From NCBI GenBank assembly GCA_963665275.2, contig CAXXIN010000007.1, positions 256,001 to 320,000 on the forward strand: a stretch of DNA of 64,000 bases, written 5' to 3'. Source of the DNA: Negativicutes bacterium (GTDB lineage Bacteria > Bacillota > Negativicutes > UBA1444). Position numbers and translations under genes: made by a program. The notes beneath the pieces were generated by a model, which was not told where the DNA came from, did not search any database, and was given only the letters and a program-made list of their open reading frames with translations. Positions within the stretch are counted from its first letter, which is position 1; each line of letters starts with the position of its first letter. Below are positions 9,891 to 20,530 of the stretch, piece by piece.

Positions 9891-11132
9891 TCAACTCCGT
9901 TTCACTTCAGACACTACAGGAAGTTTAATCCAAAAAGTCGCTCCGGCCCCATATTCACTCTCCACCAACAATTCACCGGCAAATTTCTTGATGATGCCAT
10001 AAGCAATGCTGAGCCCAAGCCCAGTGCCGCTGCCAATTTCTTTGGTGGTAAAAAACGGGTCAAATATCCGGTTGATATGATCGGGTTTGATCCCCGGTCC
10101 ATCATCGGTAATCCGGCATACAACATAGTCACCTTCCGAATAGGTATCAATCGCGATCTTACCGAGTTCACCCCGAGACTGGCCTTTGATGGCTTGAACC
10201 GCATTATGCAGAACATTGATCATTACCTGCGCGACTTGACCTTTATCGCAAAGCGCCAGGCTTGCCGCTGTTTGCTTCTTCTCAACAACCGCAACATATT
10301 TAATCTCATTCTTCATGATCAACAACGCATCTTCCACGATCTGATTCATGTCATTGCTTGTGGCCGCGTCTTCGTTGCCGCTTCTGGCAAAATTTCGCAA
10401 ACTCCGGACAATTTTTGCAACCCGTTCTACTCCATCCCGCGATTCTGTGATAATCGGCGTAAAATCCGCCAAAACCCGATCAAGCTTACCTTTCGTTTCG
10501 TTTTCAAGAATATGTTGCTGGAGGAGTACCAGTTGTTCACGCGAAACATCGGTGTCAAGCACCAGCCGTCCCAGAGTGCGGTATTGTTCAATAATATCCT
10601 TGGCCTTATCCAGATATTTCGCCATAGTTTCCAGATTACTACTGATGAATCCGACCGGATTGTTGATTTCATGCGCCACCCCAGCAGCCAATTCGCCCAA
10701 CGACATCAACTTTTCGGCTTGCACGAGATACGACTGGGTTTGTTTCAACTTCAAAACATTTTTCCGTGTTTTGGCCGCAGCCTGCATCCTGACAACAAAC
10801 TCCGTGGGTTCAATTGGTTTGTTAATATAGTCATTGGCGCCATTTTCAAAGCATTGGCGAAAACTTTCCTTATCAGCGAGACCGGTAAACATGACGACTT
10901 GTATATCCTGGTATTTTTCTTCACTCCGGATGATTTTCAATAAAGCGATGCCATCAATCTTCGGCATGATGATGTCCAACAACACAATGCCGACATCTTC
11001 CGAAGCAAGAATATTCATTACAGCATCCGGGTCATTGCACAATATAACCCCTTGATTTTCGACATGCGCCTCCAAAAGGTCACGGGCAACCGCCAAATTG
11101 AATTTCTCATCATCAACTACCAGTATTTTCAT
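9891..11132 (-). CDS. Hybrid histidine kinase (REC-HisKA-HATPase)
   Basis: LLDIIMP, AHEINNP, NAVQA, DDGPGI, FFTTK.GSGTGLGL; start chosen from GAGGAG spacing. Confidence 0.92.
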   Translation of the reverse strand: MKILVVDDEKFNLAVARDLLEAHVENQGVILCNDPDAVMNILASEDVGIVLLDIIMPKIDGIALLKIIRSEEKYQDIQVVMFTGLADKESFRQCFENGANDYINKPIEPTEFVVRMQAAAKTRKNVLKLKQTQSYLVQAEKLMSLGELAAGVAHEINNPVGFISSNLETMAKYLDKAKDIIEQYRTLGRLVLDTDVSREQLVLLQQHILENETKGKLDRVLADFTPIITESRDGVERVAKIVRSLRNFARSGNEDAATSNDMNQIVEDALLIMKNEIKYVAVVEKKQTAASLALCDKGQVAQVMINVLHNAVQAIKGQSRGELGKIAIDTYSEGDYVVCRITDDGPGIKPDHINRIFDPFFTTKEIGSGTGLGLSIAYGIIKKFAGELLVESEYGAGATFWIKLPVVSEVKRS

Positions 11133-11174
11133 CATCCAACTCCTCAATGCCGCTCAACTTTCCCGAAAAAGACT

Positions 11175-13100
11175 TTATCCCAGCGACGACTGCATGCGCG
11201 GCAACCGAATAGTAAACGTCGTCCCCTCGCCTTCCACGCTGCAAAAAGAAATATCTCCATGGTGCTTATTGGTAATAATATCGTACGAAATACTCAAACC
11301 CAAGCCTGTTCCCTGTCCCACCGGTTTGGTCGTAAAGAAGGGGTTGAATATGTCTTTCTTTATATGTTCCGGGATTCCCTGCCCGTTATCTTGAATAGAG
11401 CAATATACAGATTTTTCATCAAAATACGTGCGGATCGTGATGAGGCCCATTTCACCCAAGTCCTTGTCTTTGATCGCATAAGCCGCATTCAAAATAATAT
11501 TCAACAACACTTGGTTGATTTGTCCCCCGACAGCACTGACTTGCGGTAAATCAGCAAGTTCCTCTTTGATTTTCGCAATATATTTCACTTCGTTTCTGGA
11601 AACTATCAGCGAATTGCGTACTCCTTCGGTTAAATCATAGTCCTCAGCCTTTCCCTGTTGGTCAACGCGGGAAAATATACGCAACGCTTTAACGATATCG
11701 GCAACCCGCTTAAAGCCTTCTTGGGTTTCCTGGAAAATGGTATCCATATCCTGCAAAATATATTCCAATTTATTCTTTTTCTCAAATGCGGAGATATCCT
11801 CAGCCTTCTTTTGCAGAGAAACATCTCCGGTGTTCACGGCCTCTGCCCGAAAAGAGCGATATTCGTTAATGACCTCGACCAAACGCACCGTATACTTGTG
11901 AAGCGTCTCAAAATTGCTCATCGTGAATCCGAGGGGGTTATTGATTTCGTGTGCGACGCCAGCGGCCAGTTGGCCGATAGAAGCCATCTTCTCCTGGTGA
12001 ATCACTTGGCTTTGAACGTTTTGCAACTCTTTGTACGCCACTTCCAACTCAGCGTTTTTATGTCTGAGCTCCTTTGTCCGTTCAGATACTTGATTTTCCA
12101 GTCCATCCAACATATTTTCCAGCTTTGCTTCAGCGAAGTACTGACGCCTGATTACAAATAGCATCGCCAGAGTAAAGGCCACTATCGACAGTGAAATCAG
12201 TATGACTGCAAGGTAGTACCCTTTTATTCTTTGCGTCACCGTCGCAAAATATACTTCTTCATCCACCCCGACCAATACTGCCAGAGGATAATCATTCATA
12301 GTGCGGTAACTATAAATCCGATTAATCCCATCAACCACGCTTTTTGCAATATAAGTGCCCTGATGCGCTGCAGAGATATGTTCCATCAATCCACTTTCTA
12401 CAACATTTTGCCCAACTGAATTATCCTGTCCGGACTGTCTGGCCCTTACCACCCCATCCAGGCCCAGCAAGGTCACGGATGAATTTTTCCCCAGGTCCAG
12501 TTCTTTATAAAACGCAGTAAAGTAAAAAGGATCTACCGATACTACCACCGCGCCGCCAAAGCTCCCATCAGGATTATTGATTCGACGTGTCATCTGGAGG
12601 GCCCATTTTCCCGAAGATCTCCTCATTACGGGTTTACCGATAAACAATTGCCTGCTGTCCCGGTCTTTATGCACGAGAAAATGTTCCCGATCCTTTAAGT
12701 TGGAAGGCACAAACGGCACTTGATTGCTGACGGCAAAATCACCATTTTCATCAATAACACCCATGAGCACAAACGGCTGGCTGGCAAACCGGCCCTCTCT
12801 GACATAACCGGGAATATCAATGGATCGCCCTTCTCGTTCGTATTGAAATTTCAAAAACAAGACGGCCTGATCGGCGCCACGAATAGTGCGCAAGGTATGT
12901 TCTTCAAAGGCTTTGGCGAAATTCATCGTTTCTTTGAATGCAGCCTCTTTTTCCTGTTTCATTTCCGATTCAATTTTATAATACAGTCCCATCCATACAA
13001 TAAGGAACAAAAAAAGCGCAAATGAAATAGTCACAAGGCTTAAATTTCGAAAAACGAAGTGATTGAGCCGAGGAAACTTAGGGCGCATTTTCTCCTCCAC
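11175..13100 (-). CDS. Sensor histidine kinase with extracytoplasmic Cache-type domain
   Basis: Two TM segments, Cache-like DREHF..IGKPV, AHEINNP, G boxes. Confidence 0.92.
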   Translation of the reverse strand: MEEKMRPKFPRLNHFVFRNLSLVTISFALFLFLIVWMGLYYKIESEMKQEKEAAFKETMNFAKAFEEHTLRTIRGADQAVLFLKFQYEREGRSIDIPGYVREGRFASQPFVLMGVIDENGDFAVSNQVPFVPSNLKDREHFLVHKDRDSRQLFIGKPVMRRSSGKWALQMTRRINNPDGSFGGAVVVSVDPFYFTAFYKELDLGKNSSVTLLGLDGVVRARQSGQDNSVGQNVVESGLMEHISAAHQGTYIAKSVVDGINRIYSYRTMNDYPLAVLVGVDEEVYFATVTQRIKGYYLAVILISLSIVAFTLAMLFVIRRQYFAEAKLENMLDGLENQVSERTKELRHKNAELEVAYKELQNVQSQVIHQEKMASIGQLAAGVAHEINNPLGFTMSNFETLHKYTVRLVEVINEYRSFRAEAVNTGDVSLQKKAEDISAFEKKNKLEYILQDMDTIFQETQEGFKRVADIVKALRIFSRVDQQGKAEDYDLTEGVRNSLIVSRNEVKYIAKIKEELADLPQVSAVGGQINQVLLNIILNAAYAIKDKDLGEMGLITIRTYFDEKSVYCSIQDNGQGIPEHIKKDIFNPFFTTKPVGQGTGLGLSISYDIITNKHHGDISFCSVEGEGTTFTIRLPRMQSSLG

Positions 13101-13198
13101 CTTTGTCGCTACTATCTCAAGTATAAAATTCGACTTATCTTCCCATTCCCCTGTTTATGTGCGAATAGTCAAATTATGTTACAAAAAATCGACAAAGT

Positions 13199-13237
13199 AA
13201 ATCAGCCTCCTCACCTTTGAAGTGAAGAGGCTGATTT
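13199..13237 (-). terminator. Intrinsic terminator after ftsH
   Basis: aaatcagcctc...gaggctgattt inverted repeat. Confidence 0.6.
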
Positions 13238-13245
13238 CAAGCATT

Positions 13246-15054
13246 TTATTTCGTTGCTTTCACAATTTCGGCAAGTTGATCACCGGACATTACTTCCTTA
13301 TCCCTTAGAAATTGCGCAACCTGATGCAGGACATTAAGGTGGTCCTGTAATATTTTCGTGGCTGATTCTTGTGCGTCATGTATCAGAGCGCGAATCTCTT
13401 CATCAATGGAAGAAACCGTCGTGACGCTTAGGTCCGTTCTCGCCGCTACCCCGCTTGGCAGATAGTTTCCCGTAGCGGAAGCATATCGAACAGGGCCCAG
13501 TTTTTTGGACATGCCGAATTCGATGATCATGCGCCGCGCCATTTCCGTAGCCCGTTCCAGATCGTTCGCCGCGCCTGTTGAAGCTTCATTGAAAATGATC
13601 AGTTCAGATGCACGCCCCCCAAGCATAACGGCCAGCCTTGTCCTCAATTCTGATTCACTGATAAGATAACGATCTTCCTCCGGCATCTGCATAGTATATC
13701 CCAGCGCCCCCTTGGACGTAGGAATGATGCTGATCTTGTGAACCGGATCGGCGCCGGTAAGATAATAAGCTGTGAGAGCATGGCCAACTTCGTGATAAGC
13801 CACTTTCTTGCGCACATCTTCCGATAGGGGCGTTTTTCGCTGCAATCCTGCAACAACCCGCTCAATCGCCAAGTCAAGATCGATCATGGTGATCGTGCTG
13901 GCATCTCGACGAACGGCCAATAGAGATGCTTCGTTAACAATGTTTGCCAAATCAGCGCCGGAGAACCCGACGGTGACCTTGGCAAGGCTCTCTAGATTGA
14001 CATCATCTCCAAGCGGCATGCCCTGAGTATGTATGGTAAGTATTTCGAGGCGGCCAGGCTCAGTAGGCAAGTTGACCTGAATTTGGCGGTCAAAACGGCC
14101 GGGTCGTACCAATGCAGGATCGAGAATTTCGGGACGGTTGGTTGCCGCCATGAGCACTACGCCGGAATTCGCCTCGAATCCATCCATTTCGGCCAGCAAC
14201 TGGTTGAGAGTGTTTTCCTGTTCACTATTACCACCCATGATGCCGACATTGGAACGCGCTTGGCCAATTGCATCAATTTCGTCAATGAAAATTATACAGG
14301 GTGCTTTTTTCTGAGCCTGTTGAAACAAGTCACGGACCCTGGCAGCACCAACACCGACAAACATTTCGACGAAACTGGAACCAGTCAGTGAAAAAAAAGG
14401 AACGCCAGCCTCGCCTGCCGTAGCTTTGGCCAATAGAGTTTTTCCTGTGCCGGGCGGGCCGGCCAACAGAACCCCTTTAGGGAGTTTTGCGCCCATATGG
14501 GTAAATTTCTCCGGGGTTTTCAAATACTCAATAATTTCCCGCAGCTCCACCTCTGCTTCACCGACACCGCCCACATCTTTGAACTTGACGCCAAGCAGCT
14601 CTCCCGTAATTTCATGCGCCTTGCTTTGACCAAAAGACATTGCATTCGTCCCTGCACCGCCCATGCGTTTCAAAACGAACTGCCAAATCAGGAACAATGG
14701 CACCAGCGGCAGAATCCAGCCAAATATCGTGGAAAGAATACTTTGGGTTTGCTGCTGCGCGGAAAACGATACGCCTGCTGCAATGAGCCGGTTAATTAAT
14801 GCCGGATCATTGACAACAACCACGTTGGCCACCGATTTTTTTTGGCCATCCGTGGCTTTTAAGGTGAAAGTGATCCGGTCATTCGATAGACTAACCTGCT
14901 CGATTTTATTCTCATTTAAATCTTGAAGAAAAACATTATAGCTGACCTCTGTTTCACGAATCATCATCGGCTGAAAAATCAAATCGTTGAAGAGCCAAGC
15001 CAGCATCAGGGCGAATAGAAAATACCCTGTGGAAATAGTACGTTTTTTGTCCAT
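13246..15054 (-). CDS. ftsH: ATP-dependent zinc metalloprotease FtsH (probably an accessory paralog)
   Basis: Two TM segments, [32 protein letters not shown]. Confidence 0.95.
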   Translation of the reverse strand: MDKKRTISTGYFLFALMLAWLFNDLIFQPMMIRETEVSYNVFLQDLNENKIEQVSLSNDRITFTLKATDGQKKSVANVVVVNDPALINRLIAAGVSFSAQQQTQSILSTIFGWILPLVPLFLIWQFVLKRMGGAGTNAMSFGQSKAHEITGELLGVKFKDVGGVGEAEVELREIIEYLKTPEKFTHMGAKLPKGVLLAGPPGTGKTLLAKATAGEAGVPFFSLTGSSFVEMFVGVGAARVRDLFQQAQKKAPCIIFIDEIDAIGQARSNVGIMGGNSEQENTLNQLLAEMDGFEANSGVVLMAATNRPEILDPALVRPGRFDRQIQVNLPTEPGRLEILTIHTQGMPLGDDVNLESLAKVTVGFSGADLANIVNEASLLAVRRDASTITMIDLDLAIERVVAGLQRKTPLSEDVRKKVAYHEVGHALTAYYLTGADPVHKISIIPTSKGALGYTMQMPEEDRYLISESELRTRLAVMLGGRASELIIFNEASTGAANDLERATEMARRMIIEFGMSKKLGPVRYASATGNYLPSGVAARTDLSVTTVSSIDEEIRALIHDAQESATKILQDHLNVLHQVAQFLRDKEVMSGDQLAEIVKATK

Positions 15055-15353
15055 GATTTCTCCCTTGTCCTTTCCTTGAGTCCAAGCATGATTAATATAT
15101 GATATATTTGACTATCAGCAGCATTAATCCTGCGCAGCCGGGGTAGCCGCAATATAATTCAATAAAAATAACAGCCCAAAAGTCATCTACGCCCTGATGC
15201 CAGGCACTCCTGTTTACTGTTCTAGTCGAAAGAATTATACTAATGCATAGAATATATTATTTTACCTTAAATATTCTTTGAATTAATCGCCTTATTTCTT
15301 CCTCCGCAATTTTTAAATTTAAGTTCCACACATAACTTGGAGGCGTAATTTAT

Positions 15354-17294
15354 TTGGAAATTTTAAAAAACAACAACTGGTGCAAAATTAACGAAGCCTT
15401 TCAGCTATTCGTAAATACCGGTCGCATTATGCCGGCAGCACTCCGTCCGGAAGTAGAGCGATCATGGAATAGATGTCGAAACATTGATCCATGGACGCCT
15501 CGCCCCAATCCCGTTTCTCAAGCCGAATGCAATCAGTTGGTGAAAAAAAATGCGGAACTTATGGAATTTACCAGGCCTGTTTTGCAGTACATGTATGCTA
15601 CCAACACTCCAAACTTTGAAGATAATATAGCACAATTAACCGAAAAAACCGGGGTGATACTGGATATATGCACCCGGGTATGCACACTGCCCAATCCCTT
15701 AAACAAAAAAGTCTCTGAAGAGTCGATTGGCACAAGCATCACCGGAATAGCGCTTGCAGAAAATATTCCGATTGAATTGGGCGGTACCGAACTGTTGAAA
15801 GCATGTTACCAGACTTGCTATGGTGGGGCTGCGCCGGTTAATGACTCGGATGGAAAAATGCTGGGTGTTATTTCTTTGTATAACAATTATGGCAAGATAC
15901 CCGAACAACCTTTGGAGTTTGTGATAACGGCCGCCAAGCTCATTGAAGACTTACTCAAAAACAAACACCAAGCGCACAGCAGACCAATAACCGACAACAA
16001 ATATTTCACCGAAATGATCAATTATATTGACAGCTGCATTGTCGTAGTGGATAAAGAAGGTAAAATTCAAAACTGCAATGACCGTTTCGTGCATTTGATG
16101 AACGTGCCCCGGGATCAATTGCTCGGCAAAAAATGCGGAACGTATGGTATTGAACTGGAAAACCTTATTTCCGACTTGGTGTTCCAAAACAAGGACTATT
16201 TTAGCGTACAAGTTCAGAATCAATCCTATTCCTGTCTTTTGCAAAACAATAAGACGATTAAGTGGGGTAAACATTACGAAAACACCCTTCTATTATTCCG
16301 TGTTGCTGACTTGCCAAAAGCACGACTTATAACATCTCCCGCCAAGGAAAACTCTGTCGAGGCCATCATCAATAAGGGATTACTCCAAACTGAATTGATG
16401 GAAACCATCCTTCGAGCTGCCAAATTCCCCAGCAATGTTCTGTTGGAGGGAGAAAGTGGAACAGGCAAAGAGCTGTTCGCCAGAGCCATCCACAATGCAA
16501 GTCGTAGAGCAAACAAACCTTTTATCGCCATCAACTGCGGCGCCATTCCGAAAGAAATTTTGCAGAGTGAATTTTTCGGTTACGAAGATGGCGCTTTTAC
16601 TGGAGGGAAAAAAGGCGGCAAAGTCGGGCAGTTCGAAGCGGCCCATGAAGGCACCATTTTATTGGACGAAATTGGTGAAATGCCCTTGGAAATGCAAGTC
16701 AGTTTGCTGCGGTTTCTGCAGGATAAAAAAATCGTCCGGGTTGGTGGGCATAGTTCCAAAAATCTAGATGTCAGAATCATCGCCGCTACCAATCGCAACC
16801 TCAAAAAACTGGTTGCTGACGGATTGTTCCGAGAGGATCTTTTTTATCGCCTCAATGTCATTCCCATAGTGATTCCACCTTTGCGCGACCGAAAAGAAGA
16901 GATCCTCCCCATTGCCAATTATTATCTTAATTACTATTCGGATCTGTATGAATTGCCCAAAATGACCCTGCTGGAAGAAACACAGAACTTGCTGTATCAG
17001 TTTAACTGGCCGGGAAATATTCGACAGTTGATGAATGTGATTGAAAATGCCATGGTGTTTTGCAATAGCAACGAAATTTCCCCCGACCTTTTACCTGTAG
17101 AAATTTTGACTTACAAGCCGGGACTCTTGGAAGATAATCTGGGAATTTCCGCCCACAAGGAAAGAGAATTGATTCTCAGGGCCCTGAACATGTCGAAGGG
17201 CAACGTATCACTGGCAGCCAAATCAATGGGAATATCACGCAATACCATGTATCGCAAGATTGATAAATATGGTCTGCATTGCACAAAAGAATAG
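15354..17294 (+). CDS. Sigma-54-dependent activator (GAF-PAS-AAA-Fis HTH; AcoR-like)
   Basis: GESGTGKE, GAFTGG, LDEIGEM, FREDLFYRL, WPGNIRQL, C-terminal HTH. Confidence 0.93.
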   Translation: MEILKNNNWCKINEAFQLFVNTGRIMPAALRPEVERSWNRCRNIDPWTPRPNPVSQAECNQLVKKNAELMEFTRPVLQYMYATNTPNFEDNIAQLTEKTGVILDICTRVCTLPNPLNKKVSEESIGTSITGIALAENIPIELGGTELLKACYQTCYGGAAPVNDSDGKMLGVISLYNNYGKIPEQPLEFVITAAKLIEDLLKNKHQAHSRPITDNKYFTEMINYIDSCIVVVDKEGKIQNCNDRFVHLMNVPRDQLLGKKCGTYGIELENLISDLVFQNKDYFSVQVQNQSYSCLLQNNKTIKWGKHYENTLLLFRVADLPKARLITSPAKENSVEAIINKGLLQTELMETILRAAKFPSNVLLEGESGTGKELFARAIHNASRRANKPFIAINCGAIPKEILQSEFFGYEDGAFTGGKKGGKVGQFEAAHEGTILLDEIGEMPLEMQVSLLRFLQDKKIVRVGGHSSKNLDVRIIAATNRNLKKLVADGLFREDLFYRLNVIPIVIPPLRDRKEEILPIANYYLNYYSDLYELPKMTLLEETQNLLYQFNWPGNIRQLMNVIENAMVFCNSNEISPDLLPVEILTYKPGLLEDNLGISAHKERELILRALNMSKGNVSLAAKSMGISRNTMYRKIDKYGLHCTKE

Positions 17295-17333
17295 AAAAGA
17301 GGCTGCGTTCGCACGCAGCCTCTTTTCTATTCT
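17289..17333. terminator. Bidirectional intrinsic terminator
   Basis: agaatagaaaagaggctgcgt/acgcagcctcttttctattct inverted repeat between convergent genes. Confidence 0.8.
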
Positions 17334-17361
17334 TTTGCTATTTGTTATTGAATCAGACCCG

Positions 17362-17541
17362 TCATTTTCCACACAGGCACGCGAAAGTTTGATCATCTGC
17401 TTGTGTTCGACCATTTCGCCATTTGCAGAAAGATAATACGAGGTTGCGTATTGGATGTTCTGGTACATGACGAACCAGGGATTGATTCCTGTCTTTAACG
17501 CAACAGGCGTCAGCAACCGTAGAATTTTTATTTTCCGCCAT
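17362..17541 (-). pseudogene. Probable internally deleted permease remnant (SLC13/DASS-like C-terminus)
   Basis: Strong RBS plus ATG (MAENKNST) joined out of frame to LTPVALKTGINPWFVMYQNIQYATSYY..GEMVEHKQMIKLS. Confidence 0.45.
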
Positions 17542-17571
17542 CGCTCTTCCCCCTCTTATCTATTCATTGGT

Positions 17572-18510
17572 TCAGTCTTTAAACTTGGCGATCAGCGCCG
17601 GAACCACTTTTTGCAAGTCGCCCACGATTCCGTAATCCACCTGTTTGAAGATAGGGGCGTTCTTGTCTTTGTTTACCGCCAGGGTAACCCGCGCCTGATT
17701 CACACCGACCATGTGCTGGATCTGTCCTGAAAGCCCCAGGGCAAGATACAGGTCCGGCTTCAGCATAACTCCGGACACTCCAATATATCGCTCCCGTGCA
17801 AGCCACTTTTCACCTTCCGCTACGGGGCGCGTGCACCCCAGCTCAGCTTCCAGCAAACCAGCTAGTTCTTGCACCAGACCAATATTCTCCTGCTTCTCGA
17901 TGCCACGGCCCACTGCAACAACTCTTTTCGCCGCGCTCAAATTTACGGACTCACCGATTCTTTTCCGTGTTTCGATTCGTTTCATTTTCTGTTCTGTTTG
18001 CACGGTTTCAACCTGGGTCACCGTTCCCTGTCTGTTTCCCTGTTCTTTGCCTGCCTCAAACACACCCGTTCCTACAGTGGCGATGGTGGTCCTAGACAAA
18101 GCAGTCTCCGAACGTTCGGCCGCCCCGCCGAATACTCTGCGTACCCCTTTTATGCCGTCGGACTCCGGAGACAAAACCATGATGTCGGTCATCACAGAGG
18201 TGCGCAAAATCGCTGCCAGCCTCCCTGCAATCACCTTTCCTCGCTGCGTAGCTCGTATCAGAAGCAACTCGGGAACATCCGCCTGCAGAAGCCGGGCAAT
18301 TGTCGGCGTCAGCTCTTCCAGCATCACGGACGAGTCGAGTTCCCCCAGCCAGAATACTTGGTCAACTATTTTTGCAGCCTCATCCGCTTCCGCTTTGGAC
18401 CCAACAACTATAGCCGCCGCAAATTCGCCGAGCTGACGTCCACCTGCAGAAAGCTCTGGCAGCGCTGAATTTTTTTCAGCGAAAACAAATACTTTTTTTA
18501 ACATATTCAT
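17572..18510 (-). CDS. fixB: Electron transfer flavoprotein alpha subunit
   Basis: VGRG, GCTRPV, YIGVSG, GLSGQIQHMVG, VNKDKNAPIF..DYGIVGD. Confidence 0.92.
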   Translation of the reverse strand: MNMLKKVFVFAEKNSALPELSAGGRQLGEFAAAIVVGSKAEADEAAKIVDQVFWLGELDSSVMLEELTPTIARLLQADVPELLLIRATQRGKVIAGRLAAILRTSVMTDIMVLSPESDGIKGVRRVFGGAAERSETALSRTTIATVGTGVFEAGKEQGNRQGTVTQVETVQTEQKMKRIETRKRIGESVNLSAAKRVVAVGRGIEKQENIGLVQELAGLLEAELGCTRPVAEGEKWLARERYIGVSGVMLKPDLYLALGLSGQIQHMVGVNQARVTLAVNKDKNAPIFKQVDYGIVGDLQKVVPALIAKFKD

Positions 18511-18524
18511 ACTTGCTGTCCCCT

Positions 18525-19292
18525 CTACCTGAGTTCCTTACGGATATATTCGCAAAATACAGCGATGTTTTCTGCCGAATCCGACTCAAGAATGATTTTT
18601 TTGCGGTCCATTTGTTCTGGCGCCAATACGCTTTCCAGCTTCAACCGTTTCATGTCGTCCACTACTTCAACATCTTTGAGGGTCCACGTGGCAACAGGCT
18701 TTTTGCTGGCGCTCAAAATTTCTTTCATCCCCGGAATTCTGGAGATATTGATATCTGAACTGACAGATACGACTGCCGGTAAAGAAATTTCCACTACTTC
18801 CACTTCATCTTCCAGGTTTCGTTCCACAAGGATTGATTCACCCTGAGGAGTGATTTTGCTGACAGCATTGACCACCGGTACGCCGAGCATTTCTCCAAGC
18901 TGGATTCCTACCTGTTGGTTATACAGATCCGCCGAGCCCTCTCCACACAGGATCAGATCAAAGCCGATCTTGCTTGCGGCGCCTGCCAGCGTGCGGGCTG
19001 TCAGATAGGTGTCCGCGTCCTTGAGATTCTCGTCGATAACCAGGCACAGGTCTGACGGGCCCCTGGATAGAATGCTTTTCTTTAGTTTTGAATTGTCCAG
19101 TGTTTTATCGCCAACACTAAGGGCAGAAACCTTCCCGCCCACTTCCTCCATGATTTTCACGCCGGCTTCCACTGCATTTAGGTCGTACTGACCAATCTTC
19201 CACTCCGCCCTTTCAAAAGACAGGGTTCGGTCTTGGCGCACAACGATATCTTGCTCTTCCGCTGCAATTTTATAGCAAACAATTATGTTCAT
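18525..19292 (-). CDS. fixA: Electron transfer flavoprotein beta subunit
   Basis: MNIIVCYK, YDLNAVEAG, LSRGP, GEGSADLY; start reset to the ATG after GAGGT. Confidence 0.92.
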   Translation of the reverse strand: MNIIVCYKIAAEEQDIVVRQDRTLSFERAEWKIGQYDLNAVEAGVKIMEEVGGKVSALSVGDKTLDNSKLKKSILSRGPSDLCLVIDENLKDADTYLTARTLAGAASKIGFDLILCGEGSADLYNQQVGIQLGEMLGVPVVNAVSKITPQGESILVERNLEDEVEVVEISLPAVVSVSSDINISRIPGMKEILSASKKPVATWTLKDVEVVDDMKRLKLESVLAPEQMDRKKIILESDSAENIAVFCEYIRKELR

Positions 19293-19324
19293 ATCGTACC
19301 TCTTGATGTATATTTTTCTTTCGC

Positions 19325-20467
19325 TTATTTTGCCTGCTTTAAGAGCGCCCGACCGGCAATATGAATCATGATCTGATCTGTGCCGCCGCCGATGCGATTG
19401 ACACGGCTGTCTCGCCAAAGTCTCGCCACCCGGTGATCGGCATAACCGATGCCGCCCAGAATCTGCATGGCGTCGTCAATGACCTCAAAGGCTGACTGCG
19501 CACAATACAGCTTCGCTTGCGCGGAAGATATCTGTATGGATATGCCATTGTCTTTTTGCCAGGCAGTCTTATAGACAAAGTTTTTCATGTTTTCAATCTT
19601 GATGGACATGTCGACCAATTTTTCCTGGATAAGTTGGAAACTGCCGATGGTTTTGCCGAATTGAATGCGCTGGTTGGCATAGCGAAGCGCATCGCCATAA
19701 GCGCACTCCGCTTGCCCAAGAGCGCCGGCAGCCATTTGCAGCCGCTCAACTTCATAGTTGTGCATCAGGTTTTTGAAGCCTTGACCTTCTTTGCCCACAA
19801 TGTCTTTTTCTTCAACTTCAACATTGTCCAGATAGACTTCGCATGTGTTCTTCATATGCCAGCCCACTTTTTTGAGCGGTTCTATTTTCACACCCGGCGC
19901 ATTCATCGGCACCCACCACAAGGTGCAGGACTCATAGGCGGATTTCGTGCTCTCAAGGTCTTTGGTCATGCATAACATGTACGGAACCCGGTCCGCACCG
20001 GTGATGAAGGTTTTGTGGCCATTGATGTACACCTTGCCGTTTTTCCGGGTTGCCGTGGCCGTGATGGCTGTGCTGTCGGAGCCGGATTGAGGCTCGGTAA
20101 AGCCCAGGCAAAAAGCGTACTCGCCTTTCATCGCGTATTCCATCGTGATTTTCTTTTGTTCTTCGCTACCAAATTGCATCATATCGTCGATCTGAATCGA
20201 ACGGCCCATGAAATAGTAAGGGCAACCCTGCTTGGCGAATTCTTCGGTAACCAGCATGAGAGTAAGGATATCCACCGGTGTGCCGCCGTATTCTTCCGGA
20301 ACACCCAGCAACCCAAAACCATTGTCAGTCATGGCCTTCATCAACGTCTCAGGATAGAGGCTCTTTTCATCGCATTCACGGATATACTCTTCCGATCCCT
20401 CACGGGCGATAAGCTCCTGCAACCCTTCCAGCAACAATTCTTGTTCTTCCGACATTCGAAAATCCAT
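19325..20467 (-). CDS. Acyl-CoA dehydrogenase, YdiO/CaiA-like
   Basis: FTEPQSGSD, RKNGKVYING.KTFITGA, KVGWHM..TCEVYLDNVEV, RIGGGTDQIM. Confidence 0.9.
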   Translation of the reverse strand: MDFRMSEEQELLLEGLQELIAREGSEEYIRECDEKSLYPETLMKAMTDNGFGLLGVPEEYGGTPVDILTLMLVTEEFAKQGCPYYFMGRSIQIDDMMQFGSEEQKKITMEYAMKGEYAFCLGFTEPQSGSDSTAITATATRKNGKVYINGHKTFITGADRVPYMLCMTKDLESTKSAYESCTLWWVPMNAPGVKIEPLKKVGWHMKNTCEVYLDNVEVEEKDIVGKEGQGFKNLMHNYEVERLQMAAGALGQAECAYGDALRYANQRIQFGKTIGSFQLIQEKLVDMSIKIENMKNFVYKTAWQKDNGISIQISSAQAKLYCAQSAFEVIDDAMQILGGIGYADHRVARLWRDSRVNRIGGGTDQIMIHIAGRALLKQAK

Positions 20468-20530
20468 TGATACGTCACTCCTCCAGCTTGATTTGATGGC
20501 CGATGATAATGATCGGACCCGCTTTTTTAC

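Noticed and set aside
10077..10943. Long antisense ORFs (also 17711-18436, 5511-6122 and others)
   Set aside because: No recognisable motifs; they lie opposite well-supported genes
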